DNA of 63,610 nt, counting the filler, from Folioceros fuciformis (taxonomy: Eukaryota): assembly GCA_049999805.1 (NCBI GenBank). It is 6 parts of 6 records of this genome, joined end to end, with 100 filler letters (N's around TTAATTAATTAA, not from the genome) between each part and the next. Parts side by side here need not be neighbours in the genome. Positions count along the whole stretch, not along the records: positions 1 to 8,106 come from JBNGIO010005077.1; positions 8,207 to 12,439 come from JBNGIO010005078.1; 4 more parts are not named here. One strand, given 5' to 3'. The notes beneath the pieces were generated by a model that saw only the letters and a program-made list of their open reading frames with translations, searched no databases and had not been told where the DNA came from. This document shows, piece by piece, positions 1 through 12,539 of this stretch (the stretch's first letter is position 1; every line of letters begins with the position of its first letter). Both the position numbers and the translations under genes were made by a program.

Positions 1-496
1 CAATACTACTTTAAAACTATCGAATGAAACATGTAAAGTGAATTAAATCATCAAGAGAAACAAAAAATATAGGCATTACTTCTAATCCGGTGAAGAAGCA
101 AATCATGCTTTATCATCTAATCAAGCCTTGGAGGTACTTAATCCAAGAATGGACAACCCACGCATGGATCTCCGTAGGGAGTCTAACCTAAGTAGTATTG
201 AGTTTATAATAATGGAAATAGATATTTATGCAAAATTTAACTTACACATTCATTCATGCTTAACCTAAAGTAAAAAATAACAACCTACTCTTGAATGGCA
301 CAAAAATTGACTAACCATATTCTACTCTTGTAAAAATAGTGTTAAGGTAGAAAAGAAACCCTTTTTCTTATAGCTCCTTCTGGCACACAAACCAAAAACC
401 GCATGCAAGAAGGAGCTAAGAGTAAGTACACTTGTATGCATGCTCTTCGACCTCCTTATTCTCAACAAAAACACTCTTTTCTGAAAAACTTAGGAA

Positions 497-547
497 AAAC
501 CCTAAACCCTACTCTAAACCCTAAACCCTAAACCATGATAAACCCTC
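497..547 (+). repeat. Short interstitial plant telomere-like tract (CCCTAAA)n, degenerate
   Basis: aaaaccctaaaccctactctaaaccctaaaccctaaaccatgataaaccct: about five near-perfect CCCTAAA units. Confidence 0.75.
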
Positions 548-994
548 ATATAGGATGAATAAAGAACATGCAAAAATGGTGGGCAATTAATACTTAAGAT
601 TATCTTCATCTCTTCAAAATGTTGGTCTCTACCATGGCTACAACACAATATAACCAAATAGATCAACAAGGTGCGGCATTGTGGGTTTGAACAACATATT
701 TATATTAATAAATATCCTTGAGAAATACCTTAAAAGTAAAAGAAATGTGTACTTTTACCCCAAAAATGTTTAGATGTAGACATTTTTCATAAACACCTTT
801 CTATCTAGATATTGTTGGTAATTCTAATCTTCTCAATAAGTTAAAAAAAGAAAGAAAGAGGGTATTTTATATATTTTAGTCATACAATATAATTGAGCGT
901 TTGAAAAAGTATAAAAGTAGATATTTATCATGTACTTCATAATGTTTTGGATTACAATTTTTACTTAGCCTTACAAATATATACTGGAAAGCAG

Positions 995-1162
995 CTATGG
1001 GACGAAAAGCTACAAAATTTTCACAAAGGTGTAGTAGAACATGCAGCTAAGCTAAAACGACAACAAATTGGTATCCTACAAAACTTTAGAGGAAGAATGG
1101 CATCAAATACACCTTGCAAACCACAATGGTCACGTGAGTTGCTAAAATATCGCAAAGTGCAG
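995..1162 (+). CDS. Isolated internal exon of a coiled-coil protein resembling an uncharacterised family of ciliated/flagellated eukaryotes
   Basis: cag| acceptor at 994 and |gtaaat donor at 1163; 168 bp, phase 0/0. Encodes LWDEKLQNFHKGVVEHAAKLKRQQ...KPQWSRELLKYRKVQ, matching a recalled WDxK...KPKxSKELLxLRKxQ pattern. No other exons found. Confidence 0.55.
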
Positions 1163-2191
1163 GTAAATCTTCTAATCATCTTCATAAGTTAAGGTGATTA
1201 CTTTAAAATGATTCTATTATCAAGAAAGGATACTAGATATGTAACTATTGAAGTCTATTCTTACATATATGATTACATCACCTTAAGAACACAAGATTGC
1301 AAATGGGTGAGCTAGAAAAAAGCGTCTTAAAGTCACCCATTAAGATGCATTTTCTCACCTATTTACAAAACTTGAAGACTTTATGTAAGGAATGAGCTAC
1401 TGCAAACCCATTCACCGCAAGACCAAAGGATCAATCTAAAGAGGTCACTAGGCCAAGAGGAATGAGTCCTCATAATTGCCAAACCTAAGAATACCTATTG
1501 CACCAAGAATGTCATGATGAAGGAGGTGGAAGGACCTTGTTACCACTTGTATCAACATACCATAAGAGAGCCTCCCTACACTTGTTATTATCTAATAGAA
1601 TGCATTGAGCAAAGCCCATTGTTTGGAAAAAGCCACAATATAAGAAAGAGGAAGACCAACTACCCTTATATGCAATGTTTAACATGATCGGATAAGAAGA
1701 AGCTACATTAAGACAAGGCATGTTGCATGTTGTTAGAAATTGTGGGATGCAAACAACTAGGATCTAAAACCATTGTGCCCTTGTGTAAGCTATTGATGAG
1801 TTGATTTTGTTCCAACTGCAACCTCTTAATCGCCTTGTTTATGTGAATGTGCTTTGGCAAAGTAGGGCATGAGCAGCCTAAAACACTATACAATCCAAGC
1901 ACTCACATGAAGAAAACTGCACAAGAGAAGCACCCAAGTTCTTGACTAGAACATAAATTAAGGAAATTGAAATCGTAACCATAGTTCTTATCCAAGAATG
2001 AGTATTGGGTTCAATAACAAGTTTGAGCGAGCTTTATAGCAAAAGTGCAAAGGCAGGAACAAGTTGAATTGAATTAACGAATCATAAGACAATTTTTCCC
2101 TAAATTAAAAAAAATCATATTTGTTTATTCCTAATTAACCCTTTTAAAGTCAACATGATCTAAATAGGGGCAGATAATATAGATGGAAGGG

Positions 2192-3216
2192 TGTGGTGGG
2201 AAACCCATAGGACACCTAGACGCTTTCCCTTTAGAAACCACACTTAACCACTATCATGTCGGTTATCCTATAGGCCCTTCTCCCACCAAGGAGGGATTGC
2301 TCCAACTTTGCATGAATGCTAGAACTATCAAGTCTTCTCCCTAGCATGTCACCCCACTCTCACTTCTCCTCAAAAAAATTGTTCTCCTCCCTTTAACGAG
2401 CAACTAACCTTAGTCAAGATGCCTCCTACTACTCGCCCATACCTCCCATTTCTTCACTCTCCTTCCTCACCCTCTCTGCTTCGTTCACTCTACTTCACCT
2501 ACTCCCTCCCTTGTTCATCTTCTCGTTTCACTATTTCATGTCTTAACACCCTCTAGACCCCGTAATTAGGCTAACCCTAAGCCCCAGTCAATTAGGCGAA
2601 TTGACCTGGTGACAACTAGTGTTGGGCAAATTGACTTGGGCACGGTACATAGTACTATCAACCTGAGGGTTATAGGTTCGGTACCAAACCTAGAGAAACA
2701 TTGCTTTGGTACCCGACCATAGGATTGGTTTTTTGACTTGGCAGAGAATAACTAACATGTGATTAGTAGGACTAATCTAGGTGCTTACACTAATTAAGGC
2801 AAAATCTAGATAAGGTAGTATCTTGGATAGGGGATTTTGTCGAGAAGGGTGCCCCTCACTCTTAGTATGCCTCTAGCAGTTGGGGTGTAGTAACAAAAAG
2901 GGAGGCCCAGGGAAGTTGACGGTTGTGGTGGAAAGAATTCGGGGACACCCAGGGGCTTTCCTCTAGCGGCCACACCTATCCCGCTATCGTGTAGTCTAGC
3001 AGGTTTCGTTCCCTCAAAGGAGGGCCTGTCCCAGTTGTGTGTGTGCGATTCTATTTGTATCTCTCTTCTACCACGACCCTCGCGAGCCTGAATACACCTC
3101 CTGCCTGCCAAACACGCCTCTACAGTCGGCGACTCACTCCGGTAGGACACCCACGAGTGTGCGTGCGAAACACGGCACCTCACATCCAGGCGTTTGGGTC
3201 GTCACGATCCCCACCA
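2192..3216. repeat. Unclassified LTR-like family copy: TGTGG-starting unit A (2192), AT-rich segment B (~2560-2740), second A (2924)
   Basis: tgtggtgggaaacccataggacacctagacgctttccc at 2192 vs tgtggtggaaagaattcggggacacccaggggctttcc at 2924. B shares aattaggNNaattgaccNgg, taggttcggtac and ccataggNttgg with 21260-21368. Right boundary approximate. Confidence 0.5.
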
Positions 3217-3519
3217 AGCTACCAGGCACTGCAGACGACGCAGCCGGCAGGAGCGCACTTGTTGGAACACGAACAAGTGTGCTCAGGCTTGGTAAGAAAC
3301 AAAGACTGACCACTTTATCTCTTGAGCCCTATGACTCTTATAGAGTTCCTGGCTACTGTCGGTTGGGGTGGTTGATCGGGTAGGCAGCCATTGATGGTCC
3401 CTCACCGGCTACAGCGCTTAAGCGCATTAAACAGTGTCTTTAAACACTTAAACCACCCCTCCTACCACGTCTATCCTAACTACCCAACTCTATTGGGGAC
3501 GCTTCGGTGGGCAGGTCAG

Positions 3520-3820
3520 AAGGGCAACCAAACATACATAATGTCTGATCTGGGGACAGATCCCAAACTCTACAGCCATGGAGCCAAAGACGTGAATGCC
3601 CTCCTGTAACAGCCCAGCGTGGCTACAAGCAGACAGGAGACAGACGAAAGTTACGTTGTCTGGACAGACCCCTACCTGCAGCATGTCCTTGAATAGCTGT
3701 ACAGCTAAGTGTCCATCACCGTGCTAAGCACATCCTCCAATTACGGCATTCCATGACACCACATCTCTCACGGCCAGAGAATCAAACACTTTTCATGCAT
3801 CTCCGAAGCTCCCGCATCTG
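3520..3820 (-). pseudogene. PLS-class pentatricopeptide repeat (PPR) gene fragment
   Basis: RCGSFGDA*KVFDSLAVRDVVSWNAVIGGCA*HGDGHLAVQLFKDMLQVGVCPDNVTFVCLLSACSHAGLLQEG...HYVCLVALL: canonical late PLS motifs with two in-frame stops where R and Q are expected. Confidence 0.9.
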
Positions 3821-3984
3821 GTTGGGTTGCACACCTTTGTCTCGCAAACGTAATCCGCAACCGCAGTGCTGAGCCACACTACGGGCTTCCTGTCCTCGTA
3901 TCCAGCAATGGACCAAGACTCCAACTGCCCAAACCCCTCGCACCACAGCCCGCTTCGGCTGCCTCCGCACACACGGCAAATTCC

Positions 3985-4690
3985 CTTCCGATGCCTCCCT
4001 TCCGATCTCCTCATTCTCCTCTTGTAACGTACAACATTTGGCCATCAGCATCTTGCCATTCTTGCTGTGAGGAGTAAATTTAATAGCAGCCAAATCATCT
4101 TGAAGTTCTTTCACTCTTTTCTCCCCCGCCTCCAGTTGTGACTTCATGCGGGTGAACTCTGCGTATATAGCCGGATCAAGGAGGAGTTGTCTAGCCTGCA
4201 ACATGGGAGGCTTCACCATCTGCTTCAGGTCATTGGTGTAGGCCTTCACTTCATTTAGTTCTTGCTCCTTTGATGCTAGCTTAACAATCATAGCACCCTC
4301 TCTCCGTTTACTGAGCAACACCTGTTCTTTCATCTGGCGTTCAGAGTTGCTAAGGCGCTGCAATTCCTGCACAACCGCTTCAGGTTCTGGGGCAGAATCA
4401 GCCGACGTGAAAGGTTCATCGCGAAAGGCCGCATGCCACTGCTCAAGGTTTGCTGTTGTGGAATCGAGAGTTCCCTGCAAAGACTTGATTGCAGATTCTC
4501 GATCAGCAAGGCTGGCTCGCAGATTAAGGATCGTGGTGGTAGCATGATCAGGAGCTGCACCAAGTGAACCACCGTAGATCTTTTTCGCGGGGTATATCTC
4601 TTCGTCCTCATCATCAAGCTCCGAGAAGGCTCTCTTTCCACCTTTGTTATCATTGCCATTGTCTCCACCAAAGTCAAAATCATCCGTCCA
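3985..4690 (-). pseudogene. FIP37: FIP37/WTAP (m6A writer subunit) copy: intronless, 3'-truncated, no clear ATG; probable retrocopy
   Basis: N-terminal DDFDFGGD...KRAFSELDDEDEEI and WTAP/Mum2 core LLLDPAIYAEFTRMK...KFTPHSKNGKMLMAKCCTLQEENEEIGREASEG. Similarity stops after ASEG; the conserved KCRTLQ reads KCCTLQ. Confidence 0.85.
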
Positions 4691-4754
4691 ACCACTCTCG
4701 GCTTCCAAAAAAAAGCGCAATCCTGCCAAACCTCAAATCCCATCTTCCGCCACT

Positions 4755-5000
4755 ATGGCTCAATCCACCTCAGCGTCAGGGGCTGCCATCCATCACCACC
4801 TTCTTCGGCAATCACCAACTCCTGCCCTACACGTCAACAAATTTTACCTCCACCCTTGCCTCCGTTTATTTTCCAAGAACAAATACAAGCTCAGTCTCCG
4901 AGCGCGCTCCCGCTTCATTTTGCCTTTCCTAACCTTCATCACCGTCTCCACAACAACCGCCTCCATAGACCACCCCGGTCCCCAAAGATCGAGAGCTCAC
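4755..5000 (+). other. Possible 5' fragment of a gene encoding a plastid transit-peptide-like N terminus
   Basis: ATG at 4755: MAQSTSASGAAIHHHLLRQSPTPALHVNKFY...SLRARSRF...TVSTTTAS; S/T/R-rich with no acidic residue for about 70 aa; ends near the adjacent LTR. Confidence 0.3.
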
Positions 5001-5014
5001 AACGGTGCTGAAGA

Positions 5015-5250
5015 GTTAGAAATAATGCAGACAGCGTTGGTTAAGGTCGATTAGACCAGACCCAATGTGGATTAGTCAAACTAGACTCAACTAGTTGGTA
5101 GTTAGTTAACTAGCAGGCTAGTGAAAGGACACACCCCCTTGTGATCGTCCTTTATAAGCCCACCTATGAACCGAACATATCATTAGTTAGTAAAGCATCT
5201 GCTCGATGCAAGACGCTTCCGCATATGCATCTCTAACTTGGTATGAGAGC
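5015..5250 (+). mobile_element. Degenerate copia-type LTR with tRNA-iMet primer-binding site
   Basis: (a)gttagaa...ctctaact followed by tggtatgagagc (5239-5250), one mismatch from TGGTATCAGAGC; TATA-like tttataag inside. Confidence 0.6.
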
Positions 5251-6009
5251 CATGTGATATATCAATGGCCTTGTTGCCAGGTTTCTTCCCTAATCAACTT
5301 AGGAAGATAAGCTAGCACAGTAATCTCGACGTACATACGCTCCACACTTTTGGAACGGGCTTCCCAATTTTGCCATTGATTGACCTCATCCCGCTCTTGC
5401 TGGCCGTCCAATGTTGTTGTCATGGGTGCAGTTCATTCCGGTCCACACTATGGGGAGGATTGGTCAAGATCCCCATCATATACTCCCAACTGTGACTTAC
5501 CTCACGGGAGGAAGGCAGCTAGATTTCCTCATTTTCGGGGTCGGCCCCGTTACCTCAGCGTGGGCTCTGTGGCGTATTCCACCTCCGGCTCCGAGTCTCC
5601 TCGTCTTGCATATGCCTCCCTCAGGTATGCCAACTCCTAGTTTGGTTGTTCCCAATGCCACTGCTGAAGCAATTCTCTCCATCTCCTCTGACTTGGATTT
5701 TGTACAGGTTCCTGGCCAAGAACCTGCAAATCTATGATGTGCTTGTCGCTCTTCTCATGCCGGCATTCGGCCCTCCTTCTCACTCAGTCTTTGATGCCCA
5801 GCAAAGAATTGTCCTCCTCGCTCTCGCTGGAGATCCTCTTCTCCACCTCTGTAAGTTGTATGATGTCACTCATCTTGTATCTACAGACTTGTTCATATGT
5901 GTCGTTTAAGTTATAGTTTAAGTTGTCTTTTCAGCATAAGCACTTAGATTCTTTTCTTGAACACAATGCAATTGCTTAATTGTAATTGATCTATATCAAA
6001 CCCATATTT

Positions 6010-8106
6010 TCATAAAAAGGACTTGGGTAGCTGGGACTGTGCCAGCATGGCACGAGCCATGGACATCAAATCGCCATAGGCCTTCTCAGCAACGCCATTC
6101 TGCTCAGAAGTCTAGGGCACTGTAAACTGACGCAAGACACCACGCTGCTCGCAGAAGTCGCGAAACTGATGGTTGTTGAGTTCTCCCGCATTATCGGAGC
6201 GAATACACCGAAGTGTACGGCCATTTTGTAACTCAGCCATAGTAACAAAGGGTGAGAACACATTAAACGAGTCACTCTTAAGACGGATAGGAAACGCAAA
6301 CGTATATCGACTGAAGTCATCCACAACAGTCATAAAGTGATCCGCCTAAAGACGAGACAGGGAGAGGACCACATAAATCTACATGGACCAAATCAAGAGG
6401 TGCCAAAGACCGACGAGCAAGAAGAGTAGGATAAGGGGAACTTCGCTGTTTAGCAAGGACACAAGCTTCGCAGAGAGGCTTTGTTGACGGAAGCTTAGGA
6501 AGTTTGTCCTGGTACAAGTCTTGCTGGGAGTTGGCAAGCAATCGAGCAGGGTTGAGGTGCGCGAGCCGGCAATGCCACAAGAGAGCTGCACCTAGATGCG
6601 AGCTCCTATAAGGCTGGTCTCCGTGAGAGGAAACCACCGTAGAGGCAGCCGCTAAAAGCACGGGCTTGCTTGAAAAGACATATAAATCATGACAAGGATG
6701 ACCTTTAGCAACAATAAGCCGTGGGTTAGAAGTCTGAGATAACAGACAGCCTCCAGGGCCAAAGTTAAGGCGAAAGGATCCGTCCCGCACAGATGTCTAA
6801 CAGAGATAAGATTCTTGGTCATGTGGGGAACATGTAGCACATTAGTAAGAAATAGCAAGGAACCATCATCCAAAGTGAAGGTGATGGAACCATGTCCCGC
6901 AATAGAAAGACCAGAGTCATCCCCAAGTAGTACGGAACGCCGAGTATTAGCAGACGCTGCATACGTAGCGAACATCGACTTGTGGCTATAGATATGCGCT
7001 GTCGCGGCAGAATCTATCAGCCAGGAACTCTTGTACTCAAAGGTCACAAGACAAACAGTGAGAGCAATGCCAGGGTTAGAATGGTTCTTGGCCTTAGTCG
7101 AAACCACCACGGTATTTGCCGTGCGACGTTCGCGCTTGGCCTCACCAACTTGCTTCTTCCTGCAATCCCTTTCCCAATGACCTGGGGACTGGCACTAGTT
7201 GCATGTACCTTGCCACCTTGGTGTCTTCGACAAAGAGGGTGCTGAGGAAGTAGGCTTAGAAGTACCTGTGGAGCTATTCCTTCAATTGTTATTATTATAA
7301 GAATTCTTACGCTGCGATTGCCGTCCTTTGGAGACGAACATGACCCTCTCTCCTCCATGTTTGGAAGTCCCGATATTGAACCTGGCAGACTCCTCTTGAA
7401 GGAGTGCTCCAGCGATCTCGAACACGGTGATGTTGGGAACCATACCCAACTGCACAACCTGATGTGCATTCCTCACCATTTGGTTTTGAGAGGAGACAAA
7501 TGTCTGGTAGCTAGCTAGGAGGCTAGCCAATAACTGAACAGCAGCTTCAAATTTGGTGATGGTTGTCCCAAGAGCAGCAAGCTGAGCTCGGAAATATCGA
7601 AACTTGCTAACGTGCTGAGCAACCTTGTCATTGGGGCCCATGCGCAAAGAATAGAATTCCAGGCGTACCGTGACAAGCGTCATCACGTTCGTGGACTGAT
7701 AGATGTCAGTGATTTGCTTCCAAGCTTCAACAGATGTGGACGCACCATCAGTGTGATGTAAGGTAACCTTGTCGAGGCCAGAGATCAACATCTGCATAGC
7801 CTATCAATCTTGACGAACCCAAGCATCAATGACAGCCGGATTAGCGGAGGGCTTGGGAATGGTTCCCTCCACAATGGGGAGAAGATCTCGAGTGTTGAGT
7901 TGCTCCTTGCCGTGTGTAGACGCGTGGATCTGCTGCTGATGAATGCGTGCCTGCTGAGTGCCCTCCGTGCTGGAAATGTCGTTGGCTATCCTCATCCTGG
8001 AGCGCTTCGGGCCTGCTATTCCCCCTGTCAATCTGAGAGCTGAAGATGCTGGAGGCCGAGGACGCTTCTGCAAGTAAGGAGGAGTCGAGCTCGTTGTCCA
8101 TAAAAT
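6010..8106 (-). mobile_element. Ty1/copia remnant: gag, protease and integrase; RT and RNase H absent
   Basis: Gag RLEFYSLRMGPNDKVAQHVSKF; protease SWLIDSAATAHI; LWHCRLAHLN...CEACVLAKQ; integrase LVHVDLCGP, VVDDFSRY, IRSDNAGE, LMSMARAMLAQSQLPKSF; stops and frameshifts. Confidence 0.95.
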
Positions 8107-8206
8107 NNNNNNNNNNNNNNNNNNNNNNNNNNNNNNNNNNNNNNNNNNNNTTAATTAATTAANNNNNNNNNNNNNNNNNNNNNNNNNNNNNNNNNNNNNN
8201 NNNNNN
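8107..8206. other. Assembly gap with artificial six-frame-stop linker; same at 12440-12539, 21369-21468, 39385-39484 and 57218-57317
   Basis: 44 N + TTAATTAATTAA + 44 N at all five joins. Plain N gaps also at 34390-34489, 38110-38119 and 38323-38332. Confidence 0.95.
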
Positions 8207-11200
8207 CCCTTTACCAGAGTTAGGGTCCTCTTCTGGTGGCATCTCCCAACTTTCTACCTCCTCCCCTCCGCCATTCTCCAATACCTGGGAACCCGAGTGT
8301 TGAGGTTCCTTATTCTGAGCCACGACGTGCCCATGGGGCAAAGCTTTCGTCTTGTTCCCCTCATCCGATGACACGCAATTGCCATTAGCCTGGGCATCCC
8401 ACCTTTCAGCTGCTGGATCCCCCCCGACAGTTTACAGATTTCTTGCCCTTCCCCACAGGACCGGCTGGGAGCCCCTCTGCAGAAATCTCCTCCTGTCTGG
8501 CCACACCAGCCTTCCGAAGGGCTGACAGGAAGGTTGTTTGCAGGCAGGTAGCAGCCATCCTTGCGGCCGAAGAATCTTTCCCCTTTTGGACAGACACTAC
8601 TTGAACACTCCCATCGCTGAGAGTTGGCTGCATACACACCTCTCCCAAGGCTAACGAGTGGTAACCTGGCTCTCTCACCTCCAAATCAACAACATTGGGT
8701 GTAAGCAACACTGCCGCTGCATTCCCTTCTCCTGTTCCTGTAGGAGACTCACTAGCTCGTTGCTAACCACACTCTTTGCCTAGGACCCCGGGAGCGGGTT
8801 GTTGAGACCCCCTACTTGACGGTTTCTCTAGACCATTCTTCCCAGCCTCACAGTTGGAAACCAGCACCAGAAGCTCCTTGATGGCTCCTCCCTCGTCTTT
8901 CGTTATCGGCAGGGATAGGGTCCCTGTATTTGCAACCGAAAAGCCAGTGAAAGGATCCGTTGGGGCTATGGTCAAGGAATCCGCCCGAGCCAAAAAGCCA
9001 TCTTTGCTTTCTGCACCTAGGGGCTCCCTAGAAAACCAGTCTTGCGCCTCCCTTGACACAGCTAGCCTTTTGTTCGACTCAGGATTCCCCACTACTCCCA
9101 GCAAATCCCCAAAGACACCGTCCATCGCCCCCCTGACCCTTACGGGCTCTCCGTCCAATTCAAGCCTCTCCTCTACACCCAGCAACTCCCCCGGGGCACC
9201 AACATGCATCACGCTTGTCCTGGGAAGCCTATCGACTGAAAAACTCTGATACTCTCCGTGTTTGGACAAGGATGCTGGCTGGTAATGCTTCACGGCCAAT
9301 GTGTGGGCCAGGGAATTTTCCTGAGATAGACATCTCGACGTGTTCCCCATACCCGGTGACAACCTACTGTTTCATGTTGGGACCTCCCATCCTTGTGCAG
9401 CGGGAGCAAACCAAGCACCGTCTTCTTCTTGCCTACCCATCTCCTTAGGACCCACCTTTAACAAGGCCGCTGACTTCTCCACTCCACTAGCTTGATCCGA
9501 AATCACCTCCCCAGGGGCTGGACCGGGCAACAGACAGGCAACAGACGCCCCAGAAACCGAACTCTCCTCTCCATCTTGAACACGTTCAGCCTGAAAGTTA
9601 CCGTCGCCGAGGGCAGATAGCTCTCTCGCCTTATTCTGATCTGGCTGTCGACCGCCCAACGCCTCACTTGGGTGTCTCACCAAGGCAGCTCGATCCTCGA
9701 CAACAACCCCAAAAAACTCGTGATCACCTAGCATATGGCTGCTGACATCCTTTGGGACATCTTCCACCCAACCCCCTCTTGCATCAGTGGCTACCTTGGC
9801 GCAAATCCGCTGCCCCTTGAACGAAAACGGCAAAAAACCAGCTTGCACTAACGCCAAGGCCTCCCTGACGGGCTGGACTACCGCCTCGGTAGCATCTCTT
9901 GCCACCAGGGCCTCAATCTCCCACTCCATCTCGATGTGAGATTCTTGCGCCATCTTTCCACCTACCCCAACCCCCAATTCTGTAGCAGCCACAATGGATC
10001 TTTCCCGCAGAGGCCAGTCGTCCAGAGCCCTAGGAGGGGTTTGTTGAAGTCGTTTGGAAGGATGGCTTTCCATACCTTCCACGACTGGCTCACGGTTGAA
10101 GCCAACCTCCACCTGTTCCTTAAGAGCGCTCCCCTCCCCTCCTCTTGCCGGCTCAGGGAGGAGCCCACCGCCTTCAGACGAAAAACCAGAAAGGCGATCA
10201 GCCGGTTCTAGCGCCAAAGCATCTTCAGGGGCCATATAACCTGCACTACTATCTGTTTCCACTGACCCCTAGGAGCCTCTGTCCTGCCCTGCCCTTAACT
10301 TTTCAAGCTTTTCATCCACCACTAGCTCTCCTCACCTAGCACGGTCATAGAGGCACCACCGAACTTCAACCCATGGCTGTATACAGGTTCTTTGCCTAGC
10401 CCTGGACCCTGCTGCCGACTTGAGTTGTGCTGGCAATCCTCGAACTCTCCCTGATGTGCCACCAACTCCCCCGCCACCCTCCTGTTCTCGTGCCCGGCGA
10501 GAGCACCTACCTCCAGGTCGGGATCCTCCCGTGAAACTAACACGTGAGGGACTGACCCAACCATGCTTATCGAGCTTGAACCTTTCGGATTGAGAACCTG
10601 CCTCCAGACTTGTTGCCCGACACCCTTGCATGCTGCCAGCACATTCCCTCCGACCAAAGGCTTACTAGTGAGCACCACCCCTACTTCCCCCCCCTCGGGA
10701 ACACTGTCCCGAGCTACTCCAGAGGAGCTCCCCGGAGTGGGAAGCTCACTGCAAGCGGTCGATACTACCTTTGAGACGCTGAGAGGCTTGGTGGCATCAA
10801 ACACTGCCCTCAAGTCTTTCCTGGCCGATGCACTTTCGGGGCATGCAAGTTGAGACCCGCGCAACGACTTGTCTGGGCCCTTGGTTGCAACATGGCACTC
10901 TGGACCCCTGGTTGTACCTTGTTTCTCTTTGTGAGGGTCGCAGAGGTTGTTTGTTGGTGCCATCCCTGCTTTCCGGGAGTGCTCGTCATTAACAAGGTCC
11001 ACCTCCATGGGCACAGAACCCTCTACGAACATGTCTTCTTCCCATCTAAGCTCCCAAGTGCTAGGTAAATTAATCGAGATCGGGGCTGTGAGTAAGCCCA
11101 AGAATCCCAAATGAGCCTTGAAGACCTGAGCCTTGAAGACCACTCTAGAAGCCAATGTGACTTTGCCTTTGCCGAACTTCGCATCCCTAATGTAGGCCAG

Positions 11201-12439
11201 CACCTGTGGTTCTCCCATCCACTGTGACACACAATTGTCCCGGATTGGACACTCAGCACCCAACCCAATTAGTGTGACCGCAAACAAGATGGAAGAGGAG
11301 TCTTCCAGTCGATGGCACACCATACTGTGTCGAGCCCCTTGAAGAACCTTTCTCACGACTTGTTCTCCATACCCCAGCCCCACCTGAAGCATACCCCGAG
11401 ACCTTAGCTTAACAGTATCCCAAAAAACGGAAAACTGGTGCCCTGTTGCGGCCCCAACCTGGAGGGAACGCGTAGGTAAGGCTCTGAAATCTCCCACCGT
11501 TGGCATCTAGTAGTAGAAAACCTTACCCAGCTTCTTCCTCATAAGGACACACACCTTGATGTGTGTGTTGACTGCATCCACACTACCCGAGAAGAAACAT
11601 TTCTAAATTCGACTTGCCCATTGTTGCGTGCCGGGGTTGGACCTCCAAGGTTTCTTGAGAACACCTTGAAACCCTAGCAAGGACCCGGGGGGGCCTTCTC
11701 CGATTTATCCCCTCCATTCCCAGCTCTTGAACGGAGAGGGCAAGTCTGCTTAAGGTGGCTCTTCAAGCCACAAACGCCGCACCTGACACGCAGATCCGGG
11801 TAGTCAAAGACTTGCGTAAAACACCTAGCTGGGTCCTCCGGATCTCGAACAATGACACCTTCAGGCAGGTTCAGGAGACTGTCCACCCTCACGCCAAAAC
11901 ACGGGGGCTTGCTGCTATCAAAAAAATGGGAATCCACCTTGGGAACCTCCCCCACTCGGCCTATGGTCCCCAAGATCTTGCGAATTATTGGAATGAGCTG
12001 CACAGGAAGAGCAGGGAGCCCCACCTAGAGAAATTGCCTCTTGATTTTCAACTGCATAATGGTGCTCCCCGGGGACCAGGCTTCCACCAACACTGGACTG
12101 GAATCTCGAAGAGGAAGCGTTGTGTTTAAGATTGCTTGCGCTCCCGCTACCTCATCACACTTGATTTGAAAGGAACCATCGGCTTTCAGGAACACATTTC
12201 CCGAGACCTGAGTCACCCAGCTCTCCATCTCCTCGACGGAAGGGGGGCCACCGAACAACATCCACCCCACAACAGATCTGGCAGTAAGATTGTCTTCTTC
12301 CTATTGAAAATACCTCGCTTCCGTAAGAAACTCTGTTAGGGGGCCCAGCTGAAGGCTTGGCCCCTCTTTTGCCGAGCCCGATGCAGATGCTTGAAAAGTG
12401 CCCGCCTGTGCCTGTACATGAACACGGTCCTCCACCGAC
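8207..12439 (-). mobile_element. LINE (L1-like) ORF1, degenerate; ORF2 not in this contig
   Basis: FL*VGLPALPVQL...ILGTIGRV...FGVRVDSLLNLPEGVIV...FTQVFDYPDLRVRCGVCGLKSHLKQTCP (CX2CX4HX4C knuckle of plant L1 ORF1), then a long low-complexity run of ORF pieces down to the gap. Confidence 0.8.
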
Positions 12440-12539
12440 NNNNNNNNNNNNNNNNNNNNNNNNNNNNNNNNNNNNNNNNNNNNTTAATTAATTAANNNNN
12501 NNNNNNNNNNNNNNNNNNNNNNNNNNNNNNNNNNNNNNN

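Noticed and set aside
1340..1920. Possible decayed LINE or other TE coding remnant
   Set aside because: No motif could be identified with confidence in any frame
3690..3800. PPR stop codons as U-to-C RNA editing sites
   Set aside because: Such editing is organellar; this is a nuclear fragment and deamination explains the stops more simply
8151..8162. TTAATTAATTAA palindrome recurring five times
   Set aside because: Always centred in identical N runs; an artificial scaffold linker, not biology
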